DNA of 64,000 nucleotides from Nemertoderma westbladi (Eukaryota; Animalia; Xenacoelomorpha). The notes under the pieces were generated by a model. That model saw nothing but the letters and a program-made list of their open reading frames with translations. It ran no database searches and was not told the DNA's origin. The stretch lies in assembly GCA_032718475.1 (NCBI GenBank), contig JAUCBJ010007629.1, positions 107,047 through 171,046 of the forward strand, read 5' to 3'. The position numbers and the translations under genes were made by a program. This document shows positions 49,727 to 63,828 of this stretch, piece by piece; the first letter of the stretch is position 1, and the number at the start of each line of letters is the position of its first letter.

Positions 49727-52700
49727 ATACTCGATGGGCTAATAAATTATCTACCCCGATTAGTACAGTAACTTTAGGGATATCTACAGGTGGATGTTCA
49801 AACAATATATTTTGTAAGTGCGAGTATTGTCGAACTTCTGTTTCATTAGGACTCGACCCAATAACTCCCAGATTTGGAATTACTGTTGCATTAGATAATT
49901 TCATCGAAAAACGATTTCCTTTATGTACTGAGTTAAATTGACAGCTCACCATGGTAGCAGTTGTGTTTGTATGTTTGTTTCTCAAAGTTGCTAAATCTAA
50001 ATTATATTTTTCTCCCTTAAGATTTAATCTATCACTCACTTCCTTATCAATTAGGGTCAAGGTAGATCCAAGGTCTAAAAGGGCATATGTACTTACCCCA
50101 TTGTTACCCGAACTGACATTGATGGGGACTATTTTTAAATAAACCTTTCTCAGATTTACAGTCATACAAATCAAAGAGTGAGCTGTCAAGTTATTTATTT
50201 TAGCCAGGGAATTATCCACCTTGGAAATATTATCTACATTTTGAATTCTTTCCTGTTCGGGTTTAATACTAAAGGCATCAATTCTTTGCCTCTGATACTC
50301 TATGGGGCCACAATCCTGGGCATTGTCTCTAAAATCACTAGACCCACTCCTGCGGTATCCAGCTGCTGGGGACCTAGATAGACTGTGATTTGGAGTCCAC
50401 CTTCTAGAATTCCACCAGTTGAAACAATTTCGGCCAATATGTCCAGTGGAGAGGCAAAAACGGAACAATCTGTTCTCCCTTATGTAATCCCATTGCTCAT
50501 TCTCTGGTGCACTCCGCCACTGATCACACTCAACCGTCGTATGAAAGTTATTGTTTGGATGAAGACGACATCGTGAGTTTAAATCACATGTATTCAAATG
50601 CGATCTCTGGTTAGAATGTTCCGTACGAGATTTCGATGGTAATTGTTCAATACTAAATGTGACTTGTCTTTTAATAGAAGGTTTAGCGGCATTACTAAAC
50701 CCACCGGATGCTACAAACACATTGGATTTCACAGAGTTTCCTTTTGATTCAAAAGCTCTCCTTGGAATATCTTCTCGGGATCTCCGATAATTTTCCTCCC
50801 TTTTGTCCACTGGTTTTACTCGATTAGTGCGAAAACGTTCCTCACTGTATATAGGATCATTCATAATCTCAGCTTGATCTTCCAAACAACTCAGTTCAAA
50901 CAACTGCAGTTCCCGGTTATACCTACTCCTAATTGTCGCTGCAGTTTTCCTCCATTTTCCCCTGGCCCAATAAGGGAGAACCTCTACTAGCTGTCGCATA
51001 TTATTATGTGAATTAAGTTCATGCGGCATGCTTAATTCAGTAAGGGCCACCAATGCTTTATTCACTTTATCAGAAAAATCTCTAAAATTATCTTTTGTTT
51101 TAATTTCGTTATTATCAACAAGTCTATCGATAGTAACCTGGACAATCAATCCCGGATTTCCATAACGCTTTTCTAAAGCGCTCCATGCTAAAGAAAATCC
51201 GTCCGTCAGCCCAGCATAATGTCGAACGACTTGATGCGCCTTACCTTTAGTATAAGCCAAAAGATAATTCATCTTTCTGACCATGAAAATATTTTTATTT
51301 AATATTTCCTCGGTGTAAAGATGCCGAAACTGTATATATTCTTCCGGCTCTTCACCGTCAAAGGTAAAGGGTTCTATATTTGGAAGCTCCAGTTTCATTT
51401 TAAGGGCTTCCACTACAGCGTCAATTAGATTATGGCTTGGTTCATTTAAACTGACTACCGGTACATCATTTGGCCTACCTCTACCACCATTATTTAAGTT
51501 ATCCCCGGATCCTTCTCCAGGATCCCCCCAACCAGATCCTCCATTGCCTCCGGGTTGTCCAGCGTTTCCTACATAGACCCGCGTTTCATTTTCATCTATA
51601 ACTCCAGCTCCAGGAGGTTTACTAACCCTAGGCCCATTAGGCCTACATCCCCCCAAGGTTGGATATTTTAACCCTTCGAAACTTTGACCGGTAATAGGCC
51701 TACTTATATTACTTACATTTAATGGTACTGAAAAGCCTGCCTGTTGGTCTACTGATGGCCTACCTGACATACCTGTATGTTGACTACCAGTAGGCCTATA
51801 TATTGCAGTATTCGCGGTACCGGTAGCATTGCTAGGCCTACCGCCTACATTTATCTTCCTATCCAGGCCTACACCAACCGGTACTTCATAACTGGTTCCC
51901 AAATGCCTACTGCTACTACTGTATTGGGGTACATACCTGCCCAATGGAATAAAAGTATCTGCTAAAGGGTTTCTTCCTAACGGTACCGGTACCTTACTTG
52001 ACTTAGCGCTTACCGGTACTGCTAGCCCCAGCTCTAATTTAGGCCTACTGCTTTCACCTTGGCCTACCACCGGTACGGGTGCAGTTATTGGTAATACATT
52101 TTGCGCAGGCCTACTTGTATCGTGATGTGCTACCGGTACCAGTACTTTACCCGAAAATCGATTTAAACACTGAGAATCATATTGCTCAGCCTCAGATGAT
52201 TGGGTTACCGGTACAGGTTCCTCACATTCACTAACTGCATCATCATATGTACTCAGGCCTACAGGGTGACGGCTATGGTCATCTACAGTATAATACTGTA
52301 CATTTTCATAATTCCTATCGATACCTGATTTCTGATTAGGCCTATTTATTGTACTCTTTGGTTGCAATACAAAACCGTCACTGGAATTAGATCTTGGCCT
52401 AGCATTACTAGCACCCCTATCACAACCTTGCAGTTGGTTCTGTGTTTTGATTGGTTGATAAATATCTGCATTATGTAAAATATTTTCAATTTCACCCGCC
52501 CCTTTATTTGGTGTAGTAAATGTCCTTGGAATAAATCCTACTGTACCTGGGGGATTTGTTAGTTTGTGGTACATTGGCGTTTCACGGGTCAAGACACTGT
52601 CAATCTCTGGGATGCGGTTTACATAGGTTAATGTGTCCATAGTAACCATTTCCCTCGGTTGGGTTTGTTTGCCACTACTAGTCTCGGATTGCAATTGGGA

Positions 52701-53772
52701 TATATAATTTTCAGCCTCTATTAATTTAATTTCTCTGGCTATTTTGTCACACTCATCTTGTTCCTCACGCTCTCGTCTACGTTCCTTACGTTCCCATTCT
52801 ATTTTGTTTTCCCGATCTTTAAGGGCCTTTATTTTATCCTCTCTCTCTACCTGCTGCCTATACCTAATTATCTCTGAGGAACGGGTAGATCCCGCAGCAG
52901 ACCTAAGCTTACTTCCCCCCAGATAATCCCCTTGGTTACTCACATCAATTTGTGATACCGAATCTTCTGGGTTCAAGAGAGGAATTTTGCCTTCGGCCAT
53001 TGCTAGGGGTTGTATCCCTTCCTCGTTTCCTACTAGGGCATTTTGGCTTTCCCCGACAGCGCTTGGAGAGGTACTTCTGCGGATCTCCTCCAGGTGGGTT
53101 TTAACCCTTGCTTGGATTTCCTGCGACCGCGATACCTCTCCACACGCAACTAAATGCCTACAGTACCTATTAATAAAGTCATAATCCTCACCATTTTGCG
53201 CCGAGTCACTAGGAGTTACCATAGTTTGAATTCCAAATAACCTTCGTTCAGGCCTCTTGAATCTTTGATGGACTTCTATTGGTTCCATAGTCTCCTCTAG
53301 CAGCACGTTGCCTCTGCGGGATGTCTTTGGTCGCACATCTGGATCTGATGACATCCGCCCCTCCAGACTCTGTTGAAACGTCAAAGTTCCTTGTTGAACC
53401 GTTGTTACCCCCTGCCCCAATGAAGGGTTTAAGTCTTGGGGCGCAATGGGTACAGTAGATTTATACCCAGGTTTCGCAGCATTCGCCCCCCCCAAATTCC
53501 GAGATTACATTGCTTCTTCCCTGTATCCCGATTAATGATGGTCTCGGTTTCTGTTTTAGACTTTCAATTCTCCTTATGGGTTCACTTCTGGGTGGTGGGG
53601 GTGTACGGGCAATTTCTCGCCCTTTAGCAATCCGTCCATCGTTGTCTAAGACTTTCCGAGATTGTCCCAAAAGAAATTCTCCCTCGTTTCCGATAGGTGG
53701 CGCTCCGTGAGAAAACTTTCCCGTTCCATTCGCCTCACTCATCGTGCGAATATTATTTCCTCCAGATTTCAA
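49536..53772 (-). pseudogene. gag: Element C Gag-protease (frameshifts near 53490 and 49715; protease DSG changed to DLG)
   Basis: LPNIEPFTFDGE...LEKRYGN capsid block, degenerate Zn knuckles, YALLDLGS and VLIGVDN. Confidence 0.88.
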
Positions 53773-53822
53773 CTCTTTTATTCTCTGTCACTTCTCCAAG
53801 CAGGTGAATTACTTCTGACTTC

Positions 53823-54367
53823 TGTTGTGGAGAATCTTCCTAGCCACTTTTTACTTGGAGAAAAACACTTCCTGTACGAGCCCACACTTTATACAGTGTA
53901 ATAACAGTTTTTTTGTAATTATATGTTACACACAGTTATTAATTAGAGACAATCACAGAATGCAAATATTAACGAGTGGGAGACACTCATCAGAAATAGT
54001 GTTTCCACCACGGCTATTTCTCTATCCCCGCTCTCTGGGGGGAAAGAGTCAACACTGGGGCCATAATGGAAAAACTACTTTGTCTTATCAATTATCATCT
54101 CTGCCATTCCATGTGGCGCGGGCGGTGGCATTCTGTGATTGGCTCGCTCCTTCCTACATTACAAACCCATCACCATTAACCAAATAATAACATCCCTAGT
54201 ACTAGTTGGGAGATTGCCAAGATGCCCTTACTTCGATTTCCTACTTATATTATTAATATTGAATCTAAAGTCGTTATATTGAATGGGGCGAGCCTTAAGG
54301 TCCTTTACAACGTTTTGAGAGAGTATAAAACTACTTTGTTATATATATCATCATTTCTTTCGTTACA
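53823..54367 (-). repeat. 5' LTR of element C
   Basis: TGTAACG start on minus; identity to the 3' LTR from 53858. The end at ...CAACA (53823) is inferred. Confidence 0.85.
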
Positions 54368-57300
54368 ATGATATAAACGTTTTAGGGATTTTATGGGTTT
54401 TAGATTGTGAGGACATTAATCCAGACACTCCCAAAATTCAAGCATATCGATATACGAGGGCGCTCTTTGGCTTAACCTCATCACCCGGGATTTTAGGAAT
54501 AATAATAAAAGAACACTTAAAATCAGAAAGTGTTATTGCATCACCAGTTGGTTTGATTGCAATAAAGAAATTAGCTGATCTAGTTGTAGATGATTTATGC
54601 ACAGGAGTACACACAGTCACGGAAGGCATCCAATTGCAAAAATAATGCACTGAAATATTAGACCGTGCTCACCTTAAAATTCGTCGTTGGAAGACTAACA
54701 ATGTCGAACTTCAGCGTTTATTTGATCAAGCAACACAAGTCGAATCGATCACAACTACTGACAAAACAATCAAATAAACCTATATAAATTGTTGAGGATA
54801 CACAAACATATACTAAGTCTACACTAGGTCTGTCACTAAACCAAACAAATAATACAACCAGGGGGGTATTAGGCCAAGTATGGCATTTAGAAGATGATAC
54901 ATTTGGTTATGACGTCACATCTGTGTACAAATATGTTAAACAATTAAAGGTCACTAAACGTGCTGTATTACAATTAGGCGCAAGAATATATAATCCCACA
55001 TTTATTTTTTCTCCTTTTACAGCCCCCATTAAAGAGATATTTCAGAAACTGTGTTCTGATAAATCAGACTGGGATTCACCATTGTGTCCAGAATTGTTAC
55101 CTCTATGGCATTCATGGGTTAACAATTTATATGCGTTAAATAACATAAGCTTCCCAAGATACTATTTCAATCTTGGAAAAACAATAAAGACATTACAATT
55201 ACACGTTCGTGGGGACTTATTTACCTGAGAGCCGTTTACACAGATAACACCATAACAGTTACTCTAGTTACCAGTAAAACTAAAGTTACGCCACTGTCAA
55301 AACCATCTGCACCGCATTCTAAACCATCCACACCGAGACTAGAGTTACTTGGAACTTACATACTGAGTGACTTAGCACACTCAGTTTACACTACACTGAA
55401 GTTAATCGATTACGATTGCCAGGTCCTTTTATGGACAGATGCAAAGGATGTACTCTACTGGATTTTGAACAAACACAAAGTTTACAAACAATTTGTTCAG
55501 AACCGCTTGACAGCTATTAGATCCCATACGGATAGCATCCACGCAACTTGGTGATTTTGTCCAGGTCAATCTAACCCTGCAGACATACCCACACGAGGAA
55601 TGTCAATCAAATAGTTGTCGAAAGCTACACTCTGGTTCAATGGACCACAATTTCTCTCACAGGAGGTAGAAACATGGCCAATTAATATTACAATAAAACA
55701 AAGTGATGTAAGCAGTGATTGCTTAAAAGAAATATGACAAGCAATTCGTACATCACACACTTTAACAACAGTTGTTTCAGTTAGTCCACCCTCATTACTC
55801 AATGTGTATGATTACACAAAATACAGCTCAAAGTTAACTGTAATCCGTATATTAGGTTGGATTCTGCGCTTTATTAAAACCGGTAAATCAAAAGTAAAGA
55901 GGCAGCAATTAAAAATGGAGTGTATATTAGAATGTAGGGAATTAAACATCGCTCACCAAACCATGTTGAAAGTATGCCAACAAACCCACTACTTTACCGA
56001 ACTTAACTACCTTCATCACTCACAGGGAAATAAATGCCCTAATATAGTGAAACAGCTGAATTTGTTTATTGATTCAGAAGGTTTACTCCGTGCGTAGGGA
56101 CGAATGACAAGTCCAGTAGTACCTTGGCATACAAAAAAAACCCTATATTACTTCCCCCTACTGATCATTATACTAAGCTGTTAATACGCAGTGCACACAA
56201 AGATGTCAATCATTCAAGGGTGAGAAGTACACTCGCACAAATACCCGAACAATTCTGGATTCCTCGCGCATGTCAAATTATTAAAACAACAATACACAAT
56301 TGTTCAATTTGCAAGAGAATACAAGGGAACCCATACACATCACCCCCCATTAGCCCCTTGCCTATAGAAAGAACAGCAGAACTACCAGCATTTAGTCACG
56401 TAGGAATTGATTTCTGTGGACCTCTGAAAGTAGTCCGCACTTTGTCAGACCCCGAAGGATCTACTATGAAAGTCTATGTGTGCTTATTTACATGTACTGT
56501 AGTTAGAGCAGTACACTTAGAAACTGTAACCAGTTTACAAGTAAAATCATTTCTTCTCGCATTTAACAGATTCATAAGTCGGCGAGGAGTTCCTTCACAT
56601 ATCTTTAGTGATAAACGCTAGTACATTTAACCCTATTAAACCTGGGGGGGGGGGGGGTCAATATGACCCCTCCCGTGGTTTTTTTATTATAATTTTGAAA
56701 CAAACGCAGTTGGGAATCTGAAATTTTATGACTTTTCCTAAAAATCTATTGTCTTCCTAGTAGTGAAAACCGTTTTCAAAAATATTGGGTACTTTTCGAG
56801 TTATAGCGCCATTTTTTAACCCTACTTTTGGCACTTTTTTGAGACGTTTTTTGAAAATTACATTTCATTAAATATGAATTGTAACATCTCTATTTTTTAT
56901 TTACACGGGTTTTTTGGTGTTAGAAATTTGATGGAATTCATATAAATTGATTTAGAAATTTTAAACTTGTTTTTTTCGGTGGGTGCCAAATTTTGGTGCC
57001 AGCACCAAATTTTGAAATAAGTCAATTTTGTAAATTGATCGTTTGAAACTTGTTTTTTACGCAATTTGGTTTTTTTGGGTTTCTGGATTAGAAGAAATAT
57101 ATACGAGTTGCACCAAGCGTATCAAACTTGTATTTTTCGGTGCTGTGTGCATATTTTGGTGCTAGCACGAAACTTTGAAAATCCATTCAATAGATAAAAT
57201 TGCTTGTGAGAATTTATTTCTTGCGTTTTAGAGGTTTATGGCTGTTCTGAATTCAATGGAAAATATAATTATCGAACTAGACATCTCAAACTTGTATTTT

Positions 57301-58797
57301 TCGGATGTGGGTGCAAAATATGGTGCTAGCACCAAATTTTGAAAACCATCAAATATATCAATTGATTGTGTCACCTTGTTTCTTGCGTTATACGGGTTTG
57401 TGATGGTTCTGAATTCAATGGAATCAGTAAAAATTTCATAAGAGTTGTCAAACTTGTATTTTTCGCCGGTGGGTGAAAATTGTTGTGCCAGCACCAAATT
57501 TTGGAAAATATGCAAATTGATAAGTAGATAGTATCACCTTGTTTCTTGCGTTATACGGGTTTATGAGGGTCCTGAATCCGATGGAATCAATAAAAACTGC
57601 ACTGGACATCGCAAACTTGTACTTTTTGGTGATGGGTACGAAATTTGGTGCTAGCACCAAAATTTGCCAAATTACGCCGAAAAATACAAGTAGCAATGAT
57701 CTAGCATATTAGAAATGTATTCCATTAGAATCAGCGCCCTCGAAAACCTGAAAATGTGAATTTATAGCATCGTATAAGTGAATTAAAAATTTTGTGTTCT
57801 AACTGAAAAGTGCTGGTTACTTGTTTTTTTCATTTTTTTCCTACGCAGAGAGGACTAAACAGCCATTTATAGTAATCATATAATTTTTGAATATTTTACA
57901 CCCCAGAAAACCTGTATTGAAAAATAATTAGCCGAAAATGTAACTTTCAAATTTGGTGAAAATTGTGCACTACTTGTAATTTTGGTGCTGCAATATAACC
58001 ACCCCAGTAAATTTTTTCGAAAATTTTTTTTTTCGGTCGGATCCAGACAAGTGATACCTACGTACAAACAAAAAATCAGACGTTTTCGTAAATATTTGTA
58101 GATTTTAGAGGGGGGGGGGGGGGGGTCAATATGACCCCCTCCCGGTATTTGTACAACATTTTATAGCCCAGTACTAATAGGGTTAAACGTTCTTCTCAAG
58201 ATTTCGATATATATAGAAAATTCTTACATAGTGATTTGGTAAAGAAGACTTTCGGAGACTTATCCATCACATGGCATTTCAATATTGAGAGATATCCTGC
58301 AGCTTACGGGTTCATTGAGAGATGTGTAGGTATCATAAAGGGAAATTTGAGAAAAATGATAGGAAGAGCTGTGTTGACAGATGAAGAGTTTCAAACAGTA
58401 CTAACTTCGTGCAAAGCTTCTGTAAACAGCCGTCCACTAACGTACATTTCGTCAGATAGCAATGATACTATCGATATTCTAACACCTAGCCATTTTCTTG
58501 TTGGGCGAAGAGTATGTGCACTTCCAGCACCAAACGTAAGATCGCTCAATTTAGAATTAACCAAGTCAAACCTCATTAACAGAACTCGCTATCAGGAAAT
58601 AGCCTCCAACTTTTTCTGGAGAAGTTGGAGAGTTCCGCGAGTTGGGGAGTTCCTTTACTTCCATCAGTAGGATATGTCTGTTTCCTATATGATCCAAAAT
58701 TACCTCGATTTTTATGGAAGTTATGCCAAGTCATAGAACTGGTCAAGAGTAGGGATGGCCTGGCCATATAAGGTCGGCAAAAATAAAAATAGCCAAT
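54368..58797 (+). pseudogene. pol: Decayed BEL/Pao pol (element D: RT-RH-IN), bounded by element C and a family A LTR and split by a MITE
   Basis: RALFGLTSSP, VVDDL, RIYNP, PRLELLG, NPADIPTRG, HVGIDFCGP, RAVHLE, FISRRG, NSRPLTY, LTPSHFL; many stops. Confidence 0.9.
56631..58182 (+). mobile_element. TTAA MITE copy 3, inserted into the element D integrase
   Basis: TTAA TSD on both sides. Removing it rejoins ...ASTFK|RSSQD. Confidence 0.92.
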
Positions 58798-61700
58798 TGT
58801 AAAAGCTTTTGTGGATATAATCAGTCCTTTTGCCTGCAAAGTACCGTGTAGGTGTTTTAGCGGACATAAAAAGCCGTTTTTGGCTGTATGTGTACTTTAG
58901 CGGACATAAAAAGGCGTTTTTTCTGTATGTGTACTTTGGCGGACATAACAAGCCACTTATGCCGCAATGCGTCAAAATCATCTTAGCACAGTATAGTCCT
59001 GATGACTCAGATGACGACATCTACCAGCTGGTTTGCTGACATGGAAACGGCCATTGGCCCTATGGGTTCTTTGTTCGGCTCAGCAGCCAATCAGGGCGAT
59101 TTTCATTTTATGTGGAAGGTAACTCCGCAAATCTTGCTGGGCGAGTTCAGTGTTGGTTTTTTCCATCTTCCTGAGCCTAGAACATCGGCTTTGGAATTCT
59201 TCTGAGTTTCAGACTTTTAGCCAGCATTAGACTGCTTGATTATAGGATTGTATATCTGTTACCACAACACTCAACAGTACATACTTAGCATATCACTGCT
59301 CACATACTCTTATCAAACTTATCATACTGCATTATTTTACTGTCGGTTATTAATTGTCATATATGTTGATGGATATATTGTTATATTTGGAGAACACCGA
59401 TAAAGAATCATAATAACCCCAATTTCCTTGATTACTGAAGGTTAGAGGACAGGTTACCTGTAGCAATTGCGACTTACATTATAGTGGTTTTGTGTGAATT
59501 AAATGCTATTTCATAGCCACTACATGTTTCAGTTGCTATTCTCCGTATATATGATCAAATTAAGTGACAGTCGGCAGATTAGTGTGCAGTGGTGTGTGGT
59601 ATTGTGCAGGAGTGTGACTGATAACAAAGCATATCCTAAAGAATGCGCCTTATACAAAAATCATTAGCCATCTCGTTGTGTTTAGTGTAAGTCATAACTC
59701 TGTTTATATACTTATATTGCCACGTCCTAAAGGAACTGTTAATACTTTCCAAAAGTGGATAATATTTGTCAGAGATATTATAGTAACTCGTAATCGAATA
59801 ATACCGTAGGTCTACACCGCAATAAAAATCAAAGCATCCGAATCCAGTCTCCCTTAACAGTGGGTGAATGGTCGCGCATAGATTGGTTTCGGCTAATGTT
59901 ACTTTATGTGTACTAAGTAGTTTTGTAGGCTAAAGTCCATTCGTAAATTAAAAGACACCTAAAATTGGCAGGTTAAACTGCTAAGAGTCTAAAAGCGCGA
60001 ACAGTAACAGTTATATTTTCTTTATTGCAACGTAGACAATAAAGCGAATGTACCGGTCGACCGGTAACCTGTAGGCCTAACTACCTAACCACCGGAACCG
60101 GTACTTACAGCAGTACAGGTAGATCAGTATTATTCAATTTGATAATTATATACCGGTAGGTCTTGATACTTAATCAGGGACTGCAGCCCTGGTTTTTTAT
60201 TGAGATTTTACTTATTTCTGTCAGTTTTATTTATCTGTAGGTTAATATTGAGCAGAAGACGTGTAAGCCTGCTCAGATTGTACAAGTAATTTGTAGGCTG
60301 AATTGTTGTCTGACTGTTGTCAGGTTTGAAGAGATTGCAGTGTGTGTAGAGTGTATGTCCGATAAAGTACTAGTTAGGAACGTGGGGGCATCCAGTGTTG
60401 TAAGGTAAATCCCCTGCGAAAGAATAAGTCGTACTACTCGGTTAGAACGCATACTAACTAACCATTTCGGAGTCTGCATATACTGTAGTTTATTTAGGCT
60501 TGATAGTAGTCTGCCAGCGTTTAGTTTGTATTTTGTTTGTGTAGTCTGTATGGGTAGCGTAATATTTATTATTCAGAGTTTATGCGATTATTCGCAACAT
60601 ACAAAACCTAAGTTTATTCCTACAGTAATTGTGCTTGTTATACATACCGTTATAGTTAAATTAACCACGGTACTACATTAGGGCTGCTTGGCGTGGGTAA
60701 AGACTAGTGATTTTTTGCCCTAGTCACTTCGGCAGATGCCGTGGTTCTTTTAACTGTTCAAGTATATTTAACTGCTAGTTATTTGTTATAAGTACTTGTA
60801 CCTAATTAAGGGTTTAGTGTACAGTGCTTTCCGAAAGTAATTTAGTTTGTAGGCAGTATATTTGTGTTGTAAAGTGGTTAATAGGCATGTTAGCTATAGT
60901 AAGCTGCAATAATTAACTTCTAGGTAGGGACACTCCGGGTACATAACGTAGTACTTATAGAGCTGTAAAGCTATAGACTATAAGTCGTCAGACGGTGGTA
61001 TTTTCTTATCTGGACAACACAATATATTTACTACTGCTTTATTATCTTCAAATACAGTAGTACAATACAAATACAGTAGTAATACAAATACATTAACCCT
61101 ATTAAACCCGGGGGGGGGGGGGTCAATATGACCCTTCCCGTGGTTTTTTTATTATAATTCTGAAACAAACGCAGTTGGGAATCTGAAATTTTATGACTTT
61201 TCCTAAAAATCTATTGTCTTCCTAGTAGTGAAAACCGTTTTCAAAAATATTGGGTACTTTTCGAGTTATAGCGCCATTTTTTAACCCTACTTTTGGCACT
61301 TTTTTTGAGACGTTTTTTGAAAATTACATTTCATTAAATATGAATTGTAACATCTCTATTTTTTATTTACACGGTTTTTTTGGTGTTAGAAATTTGATGG
61401 AATTCATATAAATTGATTTAGAAATTTTAAACTTGTTTTTTTCGGTGGGTGCCAAATTTTGGTGCCAGCACCAAATTTTGAAATAAGTCAATTTTGTAAA
61501 TTGATCGTTTGAAACTTGTTTTTTACGCAATTGGGGTTTTTTGGGTTTCTGGATTCGAAGAAATATATACGAGTTGCACCAAGCGTATCAAACTTGTATT
61601 TTTCGGTGCTGTGTGCATATTTTGGTGCTAGCACGAAATTTTGAAAATCCATTCAATAGATAAAATTGCTTGTGAGAATTTATTTCTTGCGTTTTAGAGG

Positions 61701-62770
61701 TTTATGGCTGTTCTGAATTCAATGGAAAATATAGTTATCGAACTAGACATCTCAAACTTGTATTTTTCGGATGTGGGTGCAAAATGTGGTGCTAGCACCA
61801 AATTTTGAAAACCATCAAATATATCAATTGATTGTGTCACCTTGTTTCTTGCGTTATACGGGTTTGTGATGGTTCTGAATTCAATAGAATCAGTAAAAAT
61901 TTTATAAGAGTTGTCAAACTTGTATTTTTCGCCGGTGGGTGAAAATTGTTGTGCCAGCACCAAATTTTGGGAAAATATGCAAATTGATAAGTAGATAGTA
62001 TCACCTTGTTTCTTGCGTTATACGGGTTTATGAGGGTCCTGAATCCGATGGAATCAATAAAAACTGCACTGGACATCGCAAACTTGTACTTTTTGGTGAT
62101 GGGTACGAAATTTGGTGCTAGCACCAAAATTTCCCAAATTACGCCGAAAAATACAAGTAGCAATGATCTAGCATATTAGAAATGTATTCCATTAGAATCA
62201 GCGCCCTCGAAAACCTGAAAAGGTGAATTTATAGCATCGTATAAGTGAATTAAAAATTTTGAGTTCTAACTGAAAAGTGCTGGTTACTTGTTTTTTTCAT
62301 TTTTTTCCTATGCAGAGAGGACTAAACAGCCATTTATAGTAATCATATCATTTTTTAATATTTTCCAATGTATTTTACACCCCAGAAAACCTGTATTGAA
62401 AAATAATTAGCTGAAAATGTAACTTTCAAATTTGGTGAAAATTGTGCACTACTTGTAATTTTGGTGCTGCAATATAACCACCCCAGTACATTTTTTCAAA
62501 ATTTTTTTTTTTCGGTCGGATCCAGACAAGTGATACCTACGTACAAACAAAAAATCAGACGTTTTCGTAAATATTTGTAGATTTTAGAGGGGGGGGTCAA
62601 TATGACCCCCTCCCGGTATTTGTACAACATTTTATAGCCCGGTACTAATAGGGTTAAACGGGTATAAATATATTATAAATCAACTCGAACAGATTTATAA
62701 ATTATTAGGCCTGTCATCCATCAATTAGGTCTTAATATCAGTTGGACCACTGCTTAAACAACAGTAACTA
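58798..62770 (+). mobile_element. BEL/Pao family A copy 3: LTR 58798-60003 and partial leader
   Basis: TGTAAAAGCTTTTG...AAAAGCGCGAACA. The leader is homologous to 38454-39900 and is interrupted by MITE copy 4. Confidence 0.88.
61097..62653 (+). mobile_element. TTAA MITE copy 4
   Basis: TTAA at both ends; nearly identical to copy 3. Confidence 0.92.
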
Positions 62771-63828
62771 GCGAACCGTTCTATAGACTGGTTCAAGTCC
62801 TACCTGTCAGACAGAGGTCAAACTGTAGTCATTAGCAAATCGCTGTCTACTGTACAAGAGATCACCTGTGGTGTACCGCAAGGTAGTATATTAGGTCCTC
62901 TGCTTTTTGTATGCTATGTAAATGATATGATAAGTAGTATAGATCCCGATTTTAAACTCATTTTATATGCCGACGACAGTGCTCTTATTTTCTCTCATAA
63001 AGATCCTATCCATATTTCCCAAAAGTTAAGTGCAGTTCTAGAATCCTGTAATGAGTGGTTGGTTGATAATAAGCTATCCATTCACTACGGTAAAACTGAA
63101 AGTATTTTGTTTGGTTCCAAAAGAAAGTTAAAGAAGGTAACTAAGTTTGAAGTCACTAGTAATGGACATAAAATTGAAAATAAAAAGGAAGTTAAATATT
63201 TAGGCGCCACATTGGATAACTGCTTATCAGGAGAAAGTACAGTGAAAAATATTTTCTCGAAAGTTAACAGTAGGCTTAGGTTTCTATACAGAAATAAAAA
63301 TAGTTTAAACACCGACTCCCGCAAGTTACTTTGCTCTTCTTTAATACAGTGTCACATGGACTATGCGTGCTCTTCTTGGTATGAAGGCTTAACCAAACAG
63401 CTTAAATGTAAATTACAAGTAGCTCAGAATAAAGTAGTACGATTTATTAAAGACTACAAACCTAGGCACCACCTAACTCCAGATGACTTTTCTGAATCTG
63501 GACTACTTAACTTAGATAGTAGAGTTAAGCAGCTACGCCTTAACCATGTGCATAAAGTGTATAATGGTAAATGTCCCAATTACCTAAAACAAAAATTCAA
63601 CAGAGTACGCGATACACACTCTTACAGTACCAGAGCTAGTGCTTCAAACTTCTACCTCCCGAATTGTAAATCCTTTGAATCTGATACTTTCTTTCTTAAC
63701 GGCATAAAAAATTGGTTTCTATACAGAAATAAAAATAGTTTGAACACCGACTCCCGCAAGTTACTTTGCTCTTCTTTAATACAGTTTCACATGGACTATG
63801 CGTGCTCTTCTTGGTATGAAGGCTTAAC
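62771..63828 (+). pseudogene. 5'-truncated LINE RT fragment (L2/Crack/Daphne-like)
   Basis: WFKSYLSDR, GVPQGSILGPLLF, YVND, LYADDS, KYLG, DYACSSW. Segment 63279-63393 is duplicated at 63714-63828. Confidence 0.88.

Larger units (their letters stand above)
42786..54367 (-). mobile_element. BEL/Pao retrotransposon C, near full length, carrying a proteasome alpha-subunit sequence
   Basis: Two LTRs with about 4 differences over ~510 bp; gag-PR-RT-RH-IN order; PPT GGGGGGAG before the 3' LTR TG. The 3' LTR is distally truncated, so no TSD is visible. Confidence 0.93.
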
